A DNA stretch of 63,982 bases, the filler included, from Basidiobolus ranarum (taxonomy: Eukaryota), in NCBI GenBank assembly GCA_040143965.1. It is 3 parts of 3 records of this genome, joined end to end, with 100 filler letters (N's around TTAATTAATTAA, not from the genome) between each part and the next. Parts side by side here need not be neighbours in the genome. Positions count along the whole stretch, not along the records: positions 46,992 to 63,982 come from JASJQH010000319.1; 2 more parts are not named here. One strand, 5' to 3'. Of this stretch, positions 47,097-61,204 are shown in pieces. Under the pieces are notes generated by a model that did no database searches, had not been told where the DNA came from, and saw only the letters and a list, made by a program, of their open reading frames with translations. Positions within the stretch are counted from its first letter, which is position 1, and the number at the start of each line of letters is the position of its first letter. A program made the translations under genes and the position numbers.

Positions 47097-50000
47097 GATA
47101 CAAGTCGACCCCCCCCCAGAAACCCACGATTAGTTTGAACCCAATTGATCAGCTGGTTATCTCCCTATCAATCAATCAATATTGCCTTACTTGCCCCTTA
47201 CAAAAAAAATTTAGGCTTGGATTTCATACTATTTTCCTACTTCTCTGTAATGGTATCATAATGGTATTGCACCCATTTTCTTATGGTATTCCTACCCCTA
47301 TATTTGTGTTTTCTCTGGTTTTCCTATGGTATTCATACCCATATTTTTCATGGGGTTGAAGCTGCTTCATCCGTGTAACCTTTCAAGTTACAGTATCTTA
47401 ACGTTATTTACATACCTGACTCAGTTAACGATGATTAACTTGGAGCAAATATCCTATCCATAATGATATTTACACTAACAACAATTGTTCCCAATGACAG
47501 CACCAATCAAGTCACAAACTAGATATTGGCTAAATACATTGTACAGTTATCATTTCACATTATACTTTGATAGTTACTTGGCTTCACAGGTGTAATGTTC
47601 TCGTTGTACTTCTCCTTCATTTGAAATATACGTGCTGAAGTCGCTAGATTTTGAGCACTTGAGTCCTTTAAAATGTATCACTCACATACGTTATCCGAAA
47701 GAAGTATATAGGATAACTACTATATACACACTGTGTGTTCTACACTAGGGAGATGATTAGGAACCTCCATACTATGCATGAAGAGGAGCCTTATGGATAC
47801 TTCCATTGACTTCAGAGGTTTGCCAAGATGTCTATTGTTGATTCAAAATGTATTTTAAATTTCCGGAACAACCATGCTAATCAGTCCCGAACCAATGCAC
47901 TCTGTAATGATGTTTGAGTGATTTCTACACTCTCCAGAGATATGGCAGTTATAAATACTATAGATAATCTATCAACTCTGTTCAAACTCTAAGAATATCC
48001 AAAGAATGTCTTGATCTTCTCACGGCGGACTATGTAAAGTTTTGATTATTTAATCTATTGGAGGTTTCATGATTTGAATGGAAATTGCCTATTAGTAATC
48101 CATTTCATGGTTTTAGGTACTACTTTGGATGAAGTTGAATATGTTACAACATTTGCTTCATGAAGGCTAAGCACATGTACATCCTTACTAAATGATATTA
48201 CGAACCAAAGATAATTCAAACTAATTAAGGTGGAGCTATGCAAGTTCAAAGCCAAAATCCAATCCTATAATCTATACATAATTATATTACAAAGATGTGG
48301 CCAACAACAGTGCTAAAGATATGGAATACTAAAAGATGCTTTATGCCTCAAAAGTATATTGCACATAATTTTGGATAAATGTGCAGTTAACTTTCCCAAA
48401 GTAATTTCCTCTCTCCCACAATAATCCATAGGATGTATAGTTATTACTCAACTCTCTCCAAGGGTCTCAAGGCTATACATGTTCTTTTGTAAGAATGCTG
48501 CAAATGGTGGGAACTTTTGGGAACACGGTGCGCTAGCATAAAAAGCACACTTTTCCCAATTTTTGTCAGCTATATTCTTGCATTCCAATATTCATTCAGA
48601 TTTATTCTTCTGAGAGGTAAGAAATAAATATTCCGATATATTATGTGGGATCGAAATGGCCAATCTTGATCACGTATTATTAAAATGGTGGATGAAATAC
48701 AGAAACAGATCCCATACTCAGCTATATCGGATCTGCATGATCAATCTTCATATAGTTTCAATCAGGTCTGGGAAGATCTAAATCCATTGATACCATCGGA
48801 AGATATTGATTTGTGACTAACAGAACGTAAATGTCGTGCAGTTAAAATCAGGTTGACTTCGAATACTTCAGCTTCGAGTCTACCAGGATCTGTTGAATGA
48901 AGAAAATTCTCAATACCACATTTACTGCTTATAAATGTGCAACAATGATTTCCTAACAGGTATGGTCTTGGATGCAACATCGCTTAAACTGATTGATGCG
49001 CAATTAGATGGTGACAAAGGAGATCACGGTGCTTCTTAGATTGCATCGATATTCTCGTGTTCAATGCACCCATCTTTAGCTACCTTCTTTTCTTTGTCTG
49101 TCTGGATAATTATCTAATAAGGGGTTCTTATTATATCTAAGACACTAAAAGCTTGCTGCGTCAAGTAATGTCGAGGAGATGGAATCAACTGCTGCTAAGA
49201 CAAAATTGATGTGAAGATAAGTATTGGTGAGGGATAAATGTGATACAGCATACCAATAAACTAGACTATGGATCTAGCTGGCACACTATCTGACCATAAC
49301 ACACCAGTATCATTCCCAATTAGAGGAAGGTGAAGCCGTATTTTACAAATTATCAGAGCAATTGCTGTGAATACTCATTTCAAAGACAAAGATGGCTTCT
49401 TGTGTGAAGAGGGAGATCCTAGCTCCTTCTAAACGGAGCTTGGTCAATACTCTTCGTTTTACCTGCATCAATCCAGTGAATGAAACCGAAGCTTGGCCAC
49501 CTCAATAGGGCAACGAAGTTGAAAGAGATATTCAGATTAAATCTTGAAAATTCATCCGATGCACTACACAGAAAGGTAAAATAGGATTCTGCCACTACCA
49601 TGCCCCCACATCGCAATTATGTTCCCATTGTACTAATAAAGTTATCTGGCAATTTGAACATATTGGTGAGAACAACGAGATGCACTAATTATCACTTGAG
49701 AACAAAGTTTCCTTGGTAAACCTGAATATCCAGTGTGAGAGAATGAGCAACACCAGAGCAACGGGATATTGCGACGGACCATGCTTGGCGTCCCCCGTTA
49801 TCGAAGGATGCATGCATTGCGCATATCCCCATGGCTTTTGTCCAGCAGTATCACCAAGAATATTAAAATTAATTACCTGATGAAGTCGACAGCGTGAATA
49901 CAGTCTTCACTATCCCATATGCATGTAAATAGGGGCAAATGTTGATTCACGTTACTAGACTCTTTTTTGGGGTGAAGGTTGAGTGCTATCTGCATATCTG

Positions 50001-50577
50001 TACTACAGGATATCAATATTATTTGCATGTGCAAGCTAGTCTCCGATTAACACAAAATTAGTATCGATTCATTTAAGGTTTTATGATAGCTCCGGATCAA
50101 AGAGCGGGATGACCCCGATAACGGATCCTCAGCTCACTAGCAATATTCATGGACCATTCGCTACGGAGTCCCGACTGTGCTTATGTAAATTCCGATGCTA
50201 AGACTATTTATTCAAATCTGTTGATAAGATACATTTGATCAAAATGGTATGTTTAAGTAATCGATTTATCAAAAATGATTCACTAAAACAAGCAATATTT
50301 CGGGAGATAGGAAAAACTGATCGCTTCAGGGCGGCGTAACGAGCTCCTTGGATAGAAGTAAAGACTATGTACAATGGGGAAAATGATACGGGTGTTAATT
50401 AAGCGGAGTACTATGTAACATAGTCTCGTAGCATTGTGATATTAAGTCAAAAAATTGCTGAGCTGGATATACAGGCACACGAGTGTGCAGAAAAGCTAGC
50501 GAACAAAGCTAGTAAGGTCGTGGAAGTTAAAGGAGTCTCGAAAGGTTATCGCTGTCCAAAAGATCGGAGTTTAAAAT

Positions 50578-51834
50578 TCAGCATTCCATTACGGTTGGCA
50601 ATGTAGAGCTGGGCTTCCTAGACACAGTGGGCGAGAAAGTGCTTTTGGTTGGGGAGCAACTAATGTTTGCTAGTAAGCTATTATCAAAGAATGGTGAATG
50701 GGATATTTTGATATCAATTCTTGGTTTCGTTTGCCTCTTCGATTGTAGTTGTGGTTGGGAAGGAGCTTGAGCGGACTGGTCATGGATAGTTCTACTATTT
50801 TGAACTAAATTTGAAGATTGAGCATGACTCATGGATTTACTAGGTCTCGGAATTCGTGGTCGCGCAGTTTGGACATTATTCGCGCTTGTTCGGCGAATCA
50901 TTTCTCTATATACGTTGCCTAGTGGAACCTCGGGAAGTGTACGGATGGCATATTTAGCACGCACAATAGAAGCCCGAAGCGAATTTAGCCAGGTCTTAAG
51001 ATCTTCCAAAGACTCGGCTTGGATAAGCCAGGGATGCTGCGAATCAGCTCGGATTTCAAGAACCCATCTTTTTTCGGGATACTTCTCACAAATAGTAACC
51101 GTAGTTGAAGCAGTGATCTCAAACGCATTTGTTGACTTCGATTGCGCAGCGGATGTTTTAAACTGGTACAGATGGGTTTGAGTAAGAACAAGGAGACGAC
51201 GTTTCCATGTTTTCCGATTGAAAAACGAAGTGCTGTTAATACGAAGTTTATTTAGCCACCCAGCTAAGATGGCGTCCATATATACTTCGCTCAGGCTAAC
51301 TTCTTTGATTTGGGCGGTTGCAATACCGGCAGCATCCTTCATAGACCTAGAGGAGCCGGAAAGTTCCGAACCCCAAGCAAAAAAAGAACTCGGTTCACTT
51401 CTTTCACTGGTGGTTGAATTTGTGGAGGCATTTGAGAATTTACGAGGACCAGCCATATCCTGAGAATCCTGCCCGAGTTCGGCAGGAGTTGATGGGCCGC
51501 TGGATTCAGATTCGGAAACTACTCTGTCTAAGCATGCATCCAATGATTCCAACAGTCCGTTGACTTTAGAACCGTATATAGAGGGGGATTTTACCTTGCG
51601 TTGCTCAACGATGGTGTTCAAGGTGTTACAGATATTCCCTAATTCTTTGGCTAAATCAACTGGTAATGGATTCTTTCTTTCCTTCTGGTAATGTTGAAAT
51701 AATCTACTCTTTTCACCCTGCAACACAGGAGAAGATAGAGATGCCTCGTCATTAGAATAGATGGTACGACTCTGAGTTCCATCTAGTAAGGCTAAAGTTT
51801 CGATATGTGCCAATTTCTTGTTCTTCATAGCCAT
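50578..51834 (-). CDS. PH-domain protein
   Basis: LAGWLNKL...RKTWKRRLLVLT...LYQFK...WVLEI...IQAESLEDLKTWLNSLRASI is a PH fold, flanked by Ser-rich disordered regions. Confidence 0.88.
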   Translation of the reverse strand: MAMKNKKLAHIETLALLDGTQSRTIYSNDEASLSSPVLQGEKSRLFQHYQKERKNPLPVDLAKELGNICNTLNTIVEQRKVKSPSIYGSKVNGLLESLDACLDRVVSESESSGPSTPAELGQDSQDMAGPRKFSNASTNSTTSERSEPSSFFAWGSELSGSSRSMKDAAGIATAQIKEVSLSEVYMDAILAGWLNKLRINSTSFFNRKTWKRRLLVLTQTHLYQFKTSAAQSKSTNAFEITASTTVTICEKYPEKRWVLEIRADSQHPWLIQAESLEDLKTWLNSLRASIVRAKYAIRTLPEVPLGNVYREMIRRTSANNVQTARPRIPRPSKSMSHAQSSNLVQNSRTIHDQSAQAPSQPQLQSKRQTKPRIDIKISHSPFFDNSLLANISCSPTKSTFSPTVSRKPSSTLPTVMEC

Positions 51835-54800
51835 GATAAGATCTATATGCAGTGAGTTAATATGTCTATTCCAAAGGACTGAGAAACGATGTGAATAGTC
51901 ATGTACCTTTGAAGTGAGGAGAGCTCAGGTGGTCTCAAGAAGTGGTGTCAACGAACGATCAAAGGAGCAATAAGGGAAATATTTATTTGTGGGGAGTGAG
52001 TAAAATCAAGTCAGGAGCCGTCGGGCCTTTTATAGAGAACAATGAAATCAGAAGCAAACACGAGCTAGTGTGAGAAAAGCTCAACAAAACAAGTACAGAA
52101 AGAGCTTAAACACCAGACGAGAAAATTTAAATCGAACCACGCAGCTACTCTTATTTGATCAATTTATAGCATCTGTGGAGAAGGGATAGGTCAGGATTCA
52201 AATAACGCAGCAGTCCCGAGCAACGAGTCAAAGGAAGTGGAACATAAATTATCATTGCTATCTGTGTAATATATTAGAAACATTGGGAATCTAATCAAGC
52301 CATATGAGATGTGTTAGATTAAATTTAACAAATTCGATATAACAGATTCCATGCACATAATTTTCACAATCTGCTGGATTCAATTTGTAAGGGAGCTGCT
52401 GCATGACAAAATTATACTGTGTTTTGGGCTCTCAATTGGTCTAAATATTCAGGTTACCACGTCAAGAGGATGCTCCAATAGGTATTTCAGTATATTCGGT
52501 CTTGTCGGTACAGCGGATTCTTATTCTTACCCCTTCAGGAAACTAGTAATCTCCATAGCTATTGACAAGAAGGATGCAACGATTTTTCATTCAGATTCTC
52601 CTGATATTCCCACACATAACCATACATTCCTGTTGTCCATGGAAGTAGATATCTTCCAAGATAAAATTCGATCTACAAGTGGTCTCCAGTGTTGCTTCAG
52701 CATCAGAAGCCACCCACCCAATACGAATGACCTTCTTGAAAATTATGCATGGCTATAATGGGGCCGCCAATATAAACACGTATATTTAGCCACAGCGACA
52801 GTCAACGATTGCTGAGCCGATATGAAATCCCACCACTCGTAAGGGCAAGTATTGTTCCGTGTAACGTAAACAATTGGCTTACGGAATACAGAGACGAATA
52901 GATTGATTAATGATTGTTGCCTTCATAACTGCACTCCCATGCGGCTCACGAGGTGGTTAAGACAACTTGAATTCTGGTGGCTTACCAGCTGAATGAGTTT
53001 AAAACCTCGTCTTACCCATACCCCAAACAAATGCAACTCTACTGGGGACCAGTACCACCGTTAATATGTGGTTCTAATTGCATCTCAAGCCACAGCTCTT
53101 GGTTTATTGTGTTTATATTAAGAACCAATAGAGAAAACAGTAGCGATTCGATGCTGGTTGATAACTGTGTGCTAACAAAGATCATCGTAATATATACTCT
53201 GTGTCATTTCATTTATTGTGACATGACACATACAAAACTTGTTTTTTCCTATTGAACAATCCCTTAGTGTTGAGCAAAATTGGTGAAAGTCCGCACACTT
53301 TTTTAGTAGAGTTCCTGCTGCAGAGATATTGTTGCAATGTTCATAGTTCTTCTACGAATAGAGTTCACGTCCCAGAGTTTGGCCAATGAACAGTAAGGTG
53401 AGGATCTCTAAATGTTGAATAACTGATAGGGATTTGTTGTGTAAATTTGCATTGATAGATATGCCAAAAGATCCGTAGTGCGCCAATAATTACATTCCTA
53501 CAATTGTAGCGGATTTGTGACAGAGAAGTTTACAATCAGCTTGCACCAAGTGTAAATGTTTGTTGTTGAAATCAAGGGTTTGACTGAACATTGCCTTCGT
53601 CAGTTGTAGAAAGGACTATGAACGTGCGAACTGTGGAGTTTGTAGCTGTGCTATGTAACTGTTGCACTTAACCCGGGCTCTACTTATTCTGAGCGTGATT
53701 ATCCTTCGTAGTGATAAAACTTATTATTGTCCCCACTCCAGCACAAGAGCATATGCAGGTTAATTTCGAGCTTCATATTCGTAATCTCTATAATGCACAA
53801 ATTGGTCTTATCACAACCATTTTAGCTTCATACTGTTGCAGCTGTATATTATCACCCGTGAGATTCATTATAACTCCTGGAGACATCATTTAAGCTTTTG
53901 TTGCACTGTTATTCGTCTATTCTATTTGGTACCTTGATTAATGAGAGTAACAAAATAACCAAATATCCACATACTTTGTTTCAATCTCTTGGAGATGGGT
54001 TCTCAGTACTAAGGAGATATTCAACCGGCTTCTATCTCCATATCTGTGTTCATTCACCATTCGATTGCTCTGCAGTCTCTCAGTAGCACATTATTTTTCA
54101 TCTAGACTGATTCGAGCCGATGGCTTGAGCTGTATCGTTGGCTTGAAGCAACGCTTAGAAATGGTCTCATTTTGAGATAGAGCACAATCCTATCGGAGTA
54201 GCTTGATATTGAATTCAAGATCACTACTTGCTTGTTTATCATGATGTGATATGCCATACAATAGCTCATAAAAGGTAGGTGCATGAGCGGAATTGCAACT
54301 ATTTGGACAGAACCAGTTACAGCGGTCTATCAATTAGATGGTCTCATTGTTGCACTCGTTGCGTTCTTTAGTCTCCCCAAATACTAAAATTCACATTGCA
54401 TTGCATTGGCTTTGACTTTTGGTCAAGATATGTCATGCGAAGTATTGCCTACTTTGTTTAATTGACTGAGGCATTGAGTATTCACTGTAGGTAACTTTAG
54501 TTATTTGGACTTGCTATACTTGCGCATATTTGCTCCAAATCATAGGCAGTTCCCCAGACGAAGATGGTATTGGGTGCTTTTTCATGTAACCAAATGAAAC
54601 TCATGAAAGTATCCGAGGGTAGCATATTCGTATCAATAGCCTCTGGTCAGTATCAAAGTATATATCACCTGCATCACCTGGTAGAATTCAAAAGGTGTTG
54701 GTTTCATTGATTGATTCGCTGCCTGTTCGTGTTACACAATTAATTCCATTCTTTTCGTCTGATGCGTAGATGAATGATGGTCACGATGACTGGGACTGAG

Positions 54801-57307
54801 TGTGTGAGGTATACCCAATGAGGTAACAATATGGCTGGAGTTTTACTGTATTCAGAATAGGTGACTGAGCAAGTGCTGATTAATTTGGCAATAAAGCCAA
54901 TATTGTAGCTTCAGCTACTGAACGAGACAAATATTCCTTTCCTGTCATAATCTAGGCACATTACTACCAAGTGTAGCTACTGCCGAATCATTTTTCTATC
55001 TTCACAAAGCCTCTGTCCACACAGGAGAATGAATATTCATGAAGATAGGCAGTATTGCCAGCTATGCTAAAGTTTATATTATCTAGTGGATTTGAGCTCT
55101 ACGTAGTCAGTTCAATATATATGTATACTTGTGCTATTTACCTAGATCACTTGAGCTCTCTCACTTGCTTGTCTTGGAGAAATTCACATGCTCTATCTAA
55201 TCAGTGCTGGCAACTAGTTTCTGAGTACTGGAAATTCATTGTAAAAGTAATGAATGGTAGTCCATATGTATGATGGATCATTGATATAAATTCTAATAAA
55301 CTACTCAGTTTACATCAATGCTTTATTTGTGAATACAAATTAGATTTCTGTTTAACTGGGGAAAGCATATTGCTTACTCATGTGTCATCACTTTAAAAGC
55401 GATAGTGGTACTTCAGAATGATGTAGAAAGCATGAATGATACTAGCAATAAATCCCTCGAGTGTCAAATCTAATGTGAATGAGCAAATCAACATCATAAC
55501 CACGCTCCATGAGGAGGGAGAGTGATGGCGAAAATGAACTCTAAAATACCAGTGTAAGTGCCATGCTGAGAGTTAAATAGGTTTGAAGATACTTTTTCCT
55601 AGGAGCTAGGAGGATGCATGACTAAATATGACTTGGTTTCAATCTCAACTTCACAATGCTGGTGATGAAGGCCCACTTTCTGGTAGTTTTTTTAAAAACT
55701 TTTAATATGAGTGTATCTTAGCAAAAGAGTACTACACACAAATCCAGAAACCTCCAGTCTGCTGTACCAAAGGGGCTTTGTGCTATATGGCATGTTAAAT
55801 CGAATAAAACATTACTTTCATGAAGCATCATGATAGTTCTTCAAATGCATGTATTAGCCCAGGTCATTTACAAATCAGGAACAACTATATCTTAGCACTG
55901 ATATGGATGAGCTAGTTATCTTGGTTTTGCTATCATTCCCAGTTTTATGATATTAATACAAGGCAAGCAGGGTATCCAAGTATACATTCGATGACATTAC
56001 TCGGACTTCAAAACTCTTCATGCTAGATCCTCTAATAAATTGAGAATGAAGTGATTCATAATAAAACTGTGATAATAGTAACGAGGTTTTAGTTTGTTCA
56101 AGAATTGTTCGGAACGCCCATCTTTTCAGGGTAACGCTCAGCGCAATTTGTTGCTACTTTTAAGAATATATAAAATGTTGCGGTGATTTGACACACTACA
56201 GCAGCAGCAAATTTGGCGCTGAGCTAATTTTGCTCGTTGTTTCTCAACCGTGCTTAAAATATAACTAATCAGGCATCGCAACTAAGTAACGATCTCCTCA
56301 AACCATTAGCTTGAGCGAGTTAACTCGGATAAGTCGTTTCTAGTTAATCTTTCGAACAGTTAGAGCCAAGCTCAAGGTGCTTGGATATTTAGTACAATAT
56401 ATTTACGTCATTTGAAATGGCTAAGCAGAATTATCAAACTCTAGATAACAGTACTAAATTGATTTAATACAAGAAATCGATGACTGCACCACCCTATGCT
56501 GCAAATTTTGCGCTATTCTATCCGTTGCAGTTGCTAAGGCAAAATTTGTTTCTGATTAATCCTGTTGCTGAGAGTAAAATAGAGATACAATGGACATCCT
56601 CCAACAGTCATTCAAACTTGCCACATATTGAGTCAGCATAAAATGGCCCAAAGATCTGCATCCTAGCTTAAATCTCTACACTTAGCCTAGAGTGTATATT
56701 CCTTGAACACTGGTTTGAATCGGCGGTTTTCAACCCGAATCTATACATATTCAAGAGAAGACATGCTCATTCAAGTCAATAAAAGTGCACCTCAGTGAAA
56801 CGTGTGCTATATGAAAGCATAACACTGCCTCGTCTGTTCAGCTTGCTATTTTGTTACTGCCATATTCGCAATTATTGACCTTGGATTTTGAAAAACCTTT
56901 GACAATCTGGATTATAGAATTAAATCACAACATTGACCAATGGAATCGATCCAAGATTGATTTGTTTTGAACTCCATACACCAGTCTCTCGAGAAAGCGA
57001 ATAAGGTAAACAAACCAAGTCTAAAATATACCCTTGCCAATTTGAAGGAAAAATGGATGAAAAAGAACACACTAAGCTAGTAACCCAAAACTTTTCCTTA
57101 TTCAATCACTCTTGCATACAATTATCATTTAGTCTGTCTGCTGTGTATAAGTTCTATCGACTGAACATATCGGCAACAACCCCCCTGAAGAGCTCAAGGT
57201 TTCCTACGAAGTATATTTTGGAAACTTCTGCCTTCATCTATACTACCTTCATTCTTTTTATTACTTTGTGTTGAACCTTTATCGTTCTTATATTCTATTA
57301 ACAGAAC

Positions 57308-60300
57308 ATGTCTACGCCAACTCTCTCACAAACTCCGAAATCCTCACGAAAAACCCCCTCCGAAAGTTCCAAATCTCCGCTTCTCCCTTGTATCGATGAG
57401 ATACCTGACCGTTACATCTCCGTCCCAGGTAGCGTAGAAATTGATAGGGCTTCTTATTCCCCTCGTTATAAGGATTTCCTAAGGCATCGGATCAAGGAGG
57501 GCAATGGTACTCCAATTCGTGGAAGTGCTTTTGGATCTCCATTCCAAGATATTTTATCCCCAAAATCACCTGCTCCTATAAGCCCTGCATGCAGTCGTAG
57601 AGGAAATCGAGGTAAGTTTGCTAGAGCATGATACTCTTATAATTCAGGGAGTTAACCGTTTTTATCATTGGCCCTATCCTCAGTTCTAGAATCTAGTATC
57701 ACTTCCCCTCTCACCCGTTTCAAGTCACCTACTATTGATATTGGTTCACCAACTCTCAGTTCTCGTCGAAGATTGGTAGACCTTGGAAAATCACCCTGTC
57801 GCTTTAGCCCTTTTCGTTTTTTTTCTAAAGAGCATGTATCTCCATCTAAACGCATACTAGTAAACGAACTAAGGATCGATCCTGAAGACAAGTTACCTCC
57901 TACCAAGCTCTCTCCACCAAAGCTAAGACTAAAGGAGAAGAGTTCTATCTCAGAGAAATCATTGAGATTTGGAGCTTCATTGGGATCTGAAATTCATGAA
58001 TCGAGTTTGAGTTGCTCCCCTTCTAAAAGAGTATTAGTTGAGGAATTTAGCCAAAAAGTGGTGACAAAAAAGCATTCACCCATAGCTGATGTGTGTCACA
58101 CAGATCCAACCAAAACGCCAGAGCATGCTGATACTACCGAGCCAGATTCTTCAGAAGAACCAAGTAGCCCTACACCTTTCCCTTCTCAAAACTGTTACCT
58201 TGGGGCTACTGTTGAATCTAATAGGGATGTGTGTTTGTCCTCTTTACAGGCATCCGTATCGAAGAAAGTGATTTCTGATAATTTAGACAATCTTCAAGAG
58301 CATGTATTTTCACCGGTTCGCAAAGTGTCAATAGTCCAACATAACAAAGTAGAGAATGAAACTGTAGATTCCCAAGTCGTAGGATTATGCGATTCCGCCA
58401 CTCCTATTCCAACTATTCCCACAACTGTATCCTCTCCTTCCAAACGAACCCACACCGATACGGATGAGAATCTTGATCCTTCAGAGTCGCCCTCACCTTC
58501 CCGAAAGAGTCAAAAAACGAATGGCGTCGAGTCAGAATCTAATACGGTGTTACCTTCCAAAGAGGAGGCCATCAATTCAGTCCAAATTATACCAACACCG
58601 ACACAGACTCCTTCCAGCTCCCAGGATAGTGTATCGAAAACGAAGGCCTTAGTAGAAGACAACAAATCAAAGCCCTTGCCAAGCAACCAGATTCCTAGAT
58701 TCTATTATCCCCTTGGAAAGCCGTATGAGTGTTTTAAGATACATCAGGCAATCGTTCGTGAACTGGTAATTTATTGTATCATTATGGGATTTCCAAGTTG
58801 CTCTATGTTAAACGAATTATGAATCTAGTCTTTACTTCAGCCGATGTTTCAAGAAGAGGGATTTGTTACTGAGGATACCTTTTATCCAGTTACTGCAGCA
58901 TTTCAACTTCCAAGATATTTTAGTTTAGCATTATTCAATAGAATTTGCGAGCTAGTAGGTTCATCCTCATGCTTGTCTTGGTCGCATGTTGTTCGGTAAC
59001 TTTGTTTCTTGGGGTTTTATCTGATATACCGAATACTAACTTCACCTTGCTATTAAAGCGCTTGGCACATGATGAAACGAGAGTGCAAGAGTGTAGATTC
59101 ATTTGGATTTTACTTGTTGAAACAGCGAGGAAATGATTATTTAGTTCCTGATGATTTTGATGTGATATTAAGAGGTTTGTGGAAATTTGTTCAAGAAGAA
59201 ACAAGAGTTAAATGGCTAAATTATGGATCTGATGCTGTATAGATGTGATGTCTGGCCACCAAGAATTAGACTTCTTAGTTGGAAACGATAGTTTTCAAGA
59301 CCGATATGGTAAGTTTATACGAGTTGGACACGAAATGGATATTGGCCAGCCTTACCAATCCTTATATTTCCAATTACAGCTGAAACGGTCATTGCAAGAA
59401 TATTTTATGATCACAATAGAAGCTGGACAGGGCGCATGACATTCTCTGAGTTTAAGCGAGGAAAGATAGTTAATATCTTGCGTCGAGTCGAGCTGGGAAT
59501 TGATTGTGGGCAGCAAACACGTCGAAAGGTCATTACCACTCTGACGCTCCGTCACTTTGAACCTTATACTAACCAAATCCCATTGAATCCAGAGACGGAC
59601 TTGTTTTTCATACAAGGACTTTTATGTCATCTATTCGAAATTCTGGGAACTGGATGATGACCACGATTTGGAGATTAGTGAGACTGACCTATGTTATTAT
59701 GCTCAAGGCTCACTTACCGAAAAGGTGGTCAAGAGGGTTATCCAAGGATGTGGGAAGCCCACGGATCTATCCACCGAAAGAGTCAAGAACGAGCCACGCA
59801 TGAGTTATCGAGACTTTGTCTGTAAGTATAGTGAAGACGTAAAATGCAAGTGAATGCGTTAAGGTGACTTATGTTTGCTATCTAGGGTTCATTTTATCTG
59901 AAGTAAACAAAAATACCCCTACCGCTATCGAGTATTGGTTTCGTTGTTTGGATACAGATGGTGATGGAATACTAAGCTTATACGAGTTGGAAAGTTTCTA
60001 TGAAGAACAGACTAGCCGTATGGAATATGCGCGAGTAAAGCGAATTCCTTACATGGATAGTATATGCCAAATGTAAGCATTCGATACACACTTACCTTAG
60101 TTTCATGCATCATATTGACGATTTGGACTGTAGGTTCGATCTGGTGAACCCAGTAAACAAGAGCTTCATTGCACTTGGAGACCTGAAACGAATGCGTGAA
60201 CCAGCCATATTTTTCGATATGTTTTTCAACTTGGCACGCTATATTGAGCATGAAAATCGACCAAAGAAGCTACGAATGAGACGCAAGATGGGAGGCCGAC

Positions 60301-60518
60301 ATAGCTCAAGGCTTGGATCGAATCCTTGGGATGAGTATGTAGACATTGAATATGATAGACTCATCCCACCTCTGGGGGATGAAGATGATGAGGACACGGA
60401 GGGAGACGTTGTTTTTGGTGCTCACCAAGGAGGCCTTATTAGTCCAACTCCATCCTCAGACCAACTCGCTGAGACTTTACTTAACGAGGGAGAGAGCTCT
60501 ACAGTAACGAGCTATTGA
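57308..60518 (+). CDS. PPP2R3: PP2A regulatory subunit B'' (PR72/PPP2R3 family, EF-hand), multi-exon
   Basis: IPRFYYPLGKP, FQDRY|AETVIARIFY..NRSWTGRMT, FYVIYSKFWELDDDHDLEI, MSYRDFV|WFILSE, TAIEYWFRCLDTDGDGILSLYELESFYEEQ, DLKR and FFDMFFN, after a long SP-rich N-terminus. Confidence 0.92.
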
Positions 60519-61204
60519 TTGATCCGTAGAGATTTTTCAAGCCGATGGCTGGTATGTTCGTTACTTTTCAAGTGTATAGTAGCACACATCGAAATTCCAA
60601 CTTTGTACAGACAAATCACTCACTCATATTCCCATCTGAACCATTTATCTTGAATGCTATTGACATATTTATCAGGACCACAGTTGAAGAATTACCTCGA
60701 TGTAGCTCTTTTGAAATCGCTTGGATTCATTTATTTTTGTTGATAGCTTTTCAACCTTTTATGTATGTAATTGCATCTTTATTCTAGGATCTACTTATCA
60801 ATGTATCAATATGAATTCTTTTTATTATAAAACACTGAAATATACCTACCATGAAGTAACTGCCCCTCGACGTGCTGTGGGAAGCTCATCGATTATACAT
60901 CACTTAGTTAGAAACCCAAGCGCCACCGAATAAAAGCAGTTATCGAGTTGAGCGCAAATTCGTCGACTAACATGGTAGCCAGCCTGCGTCCATTTGATTT
61001 GACCAATGGTTCCTGAAATTCAGTTAGGGGTGTTCAGGAGTAATGCATATAATGATGAACGCTGGGATCATCAATTCTATCATAAATAAGAAATTGTGAT
61101 AGTCCAGAGAGGGGATTAAATAGCGAATGAACTGACATCACCTACACACAAGTTGGCTCAGCTTTATTTAGTGTCTTGTTTAATACCTGAGGTTTTATGA
61201 AGAA

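Noticed and set aside
51835..57307. Short 60-135 aa ORFs in the long intergenic region
   Set aside because: Composition typical of random AT-rich ORFs, many with non-ATG starts and no motifs.
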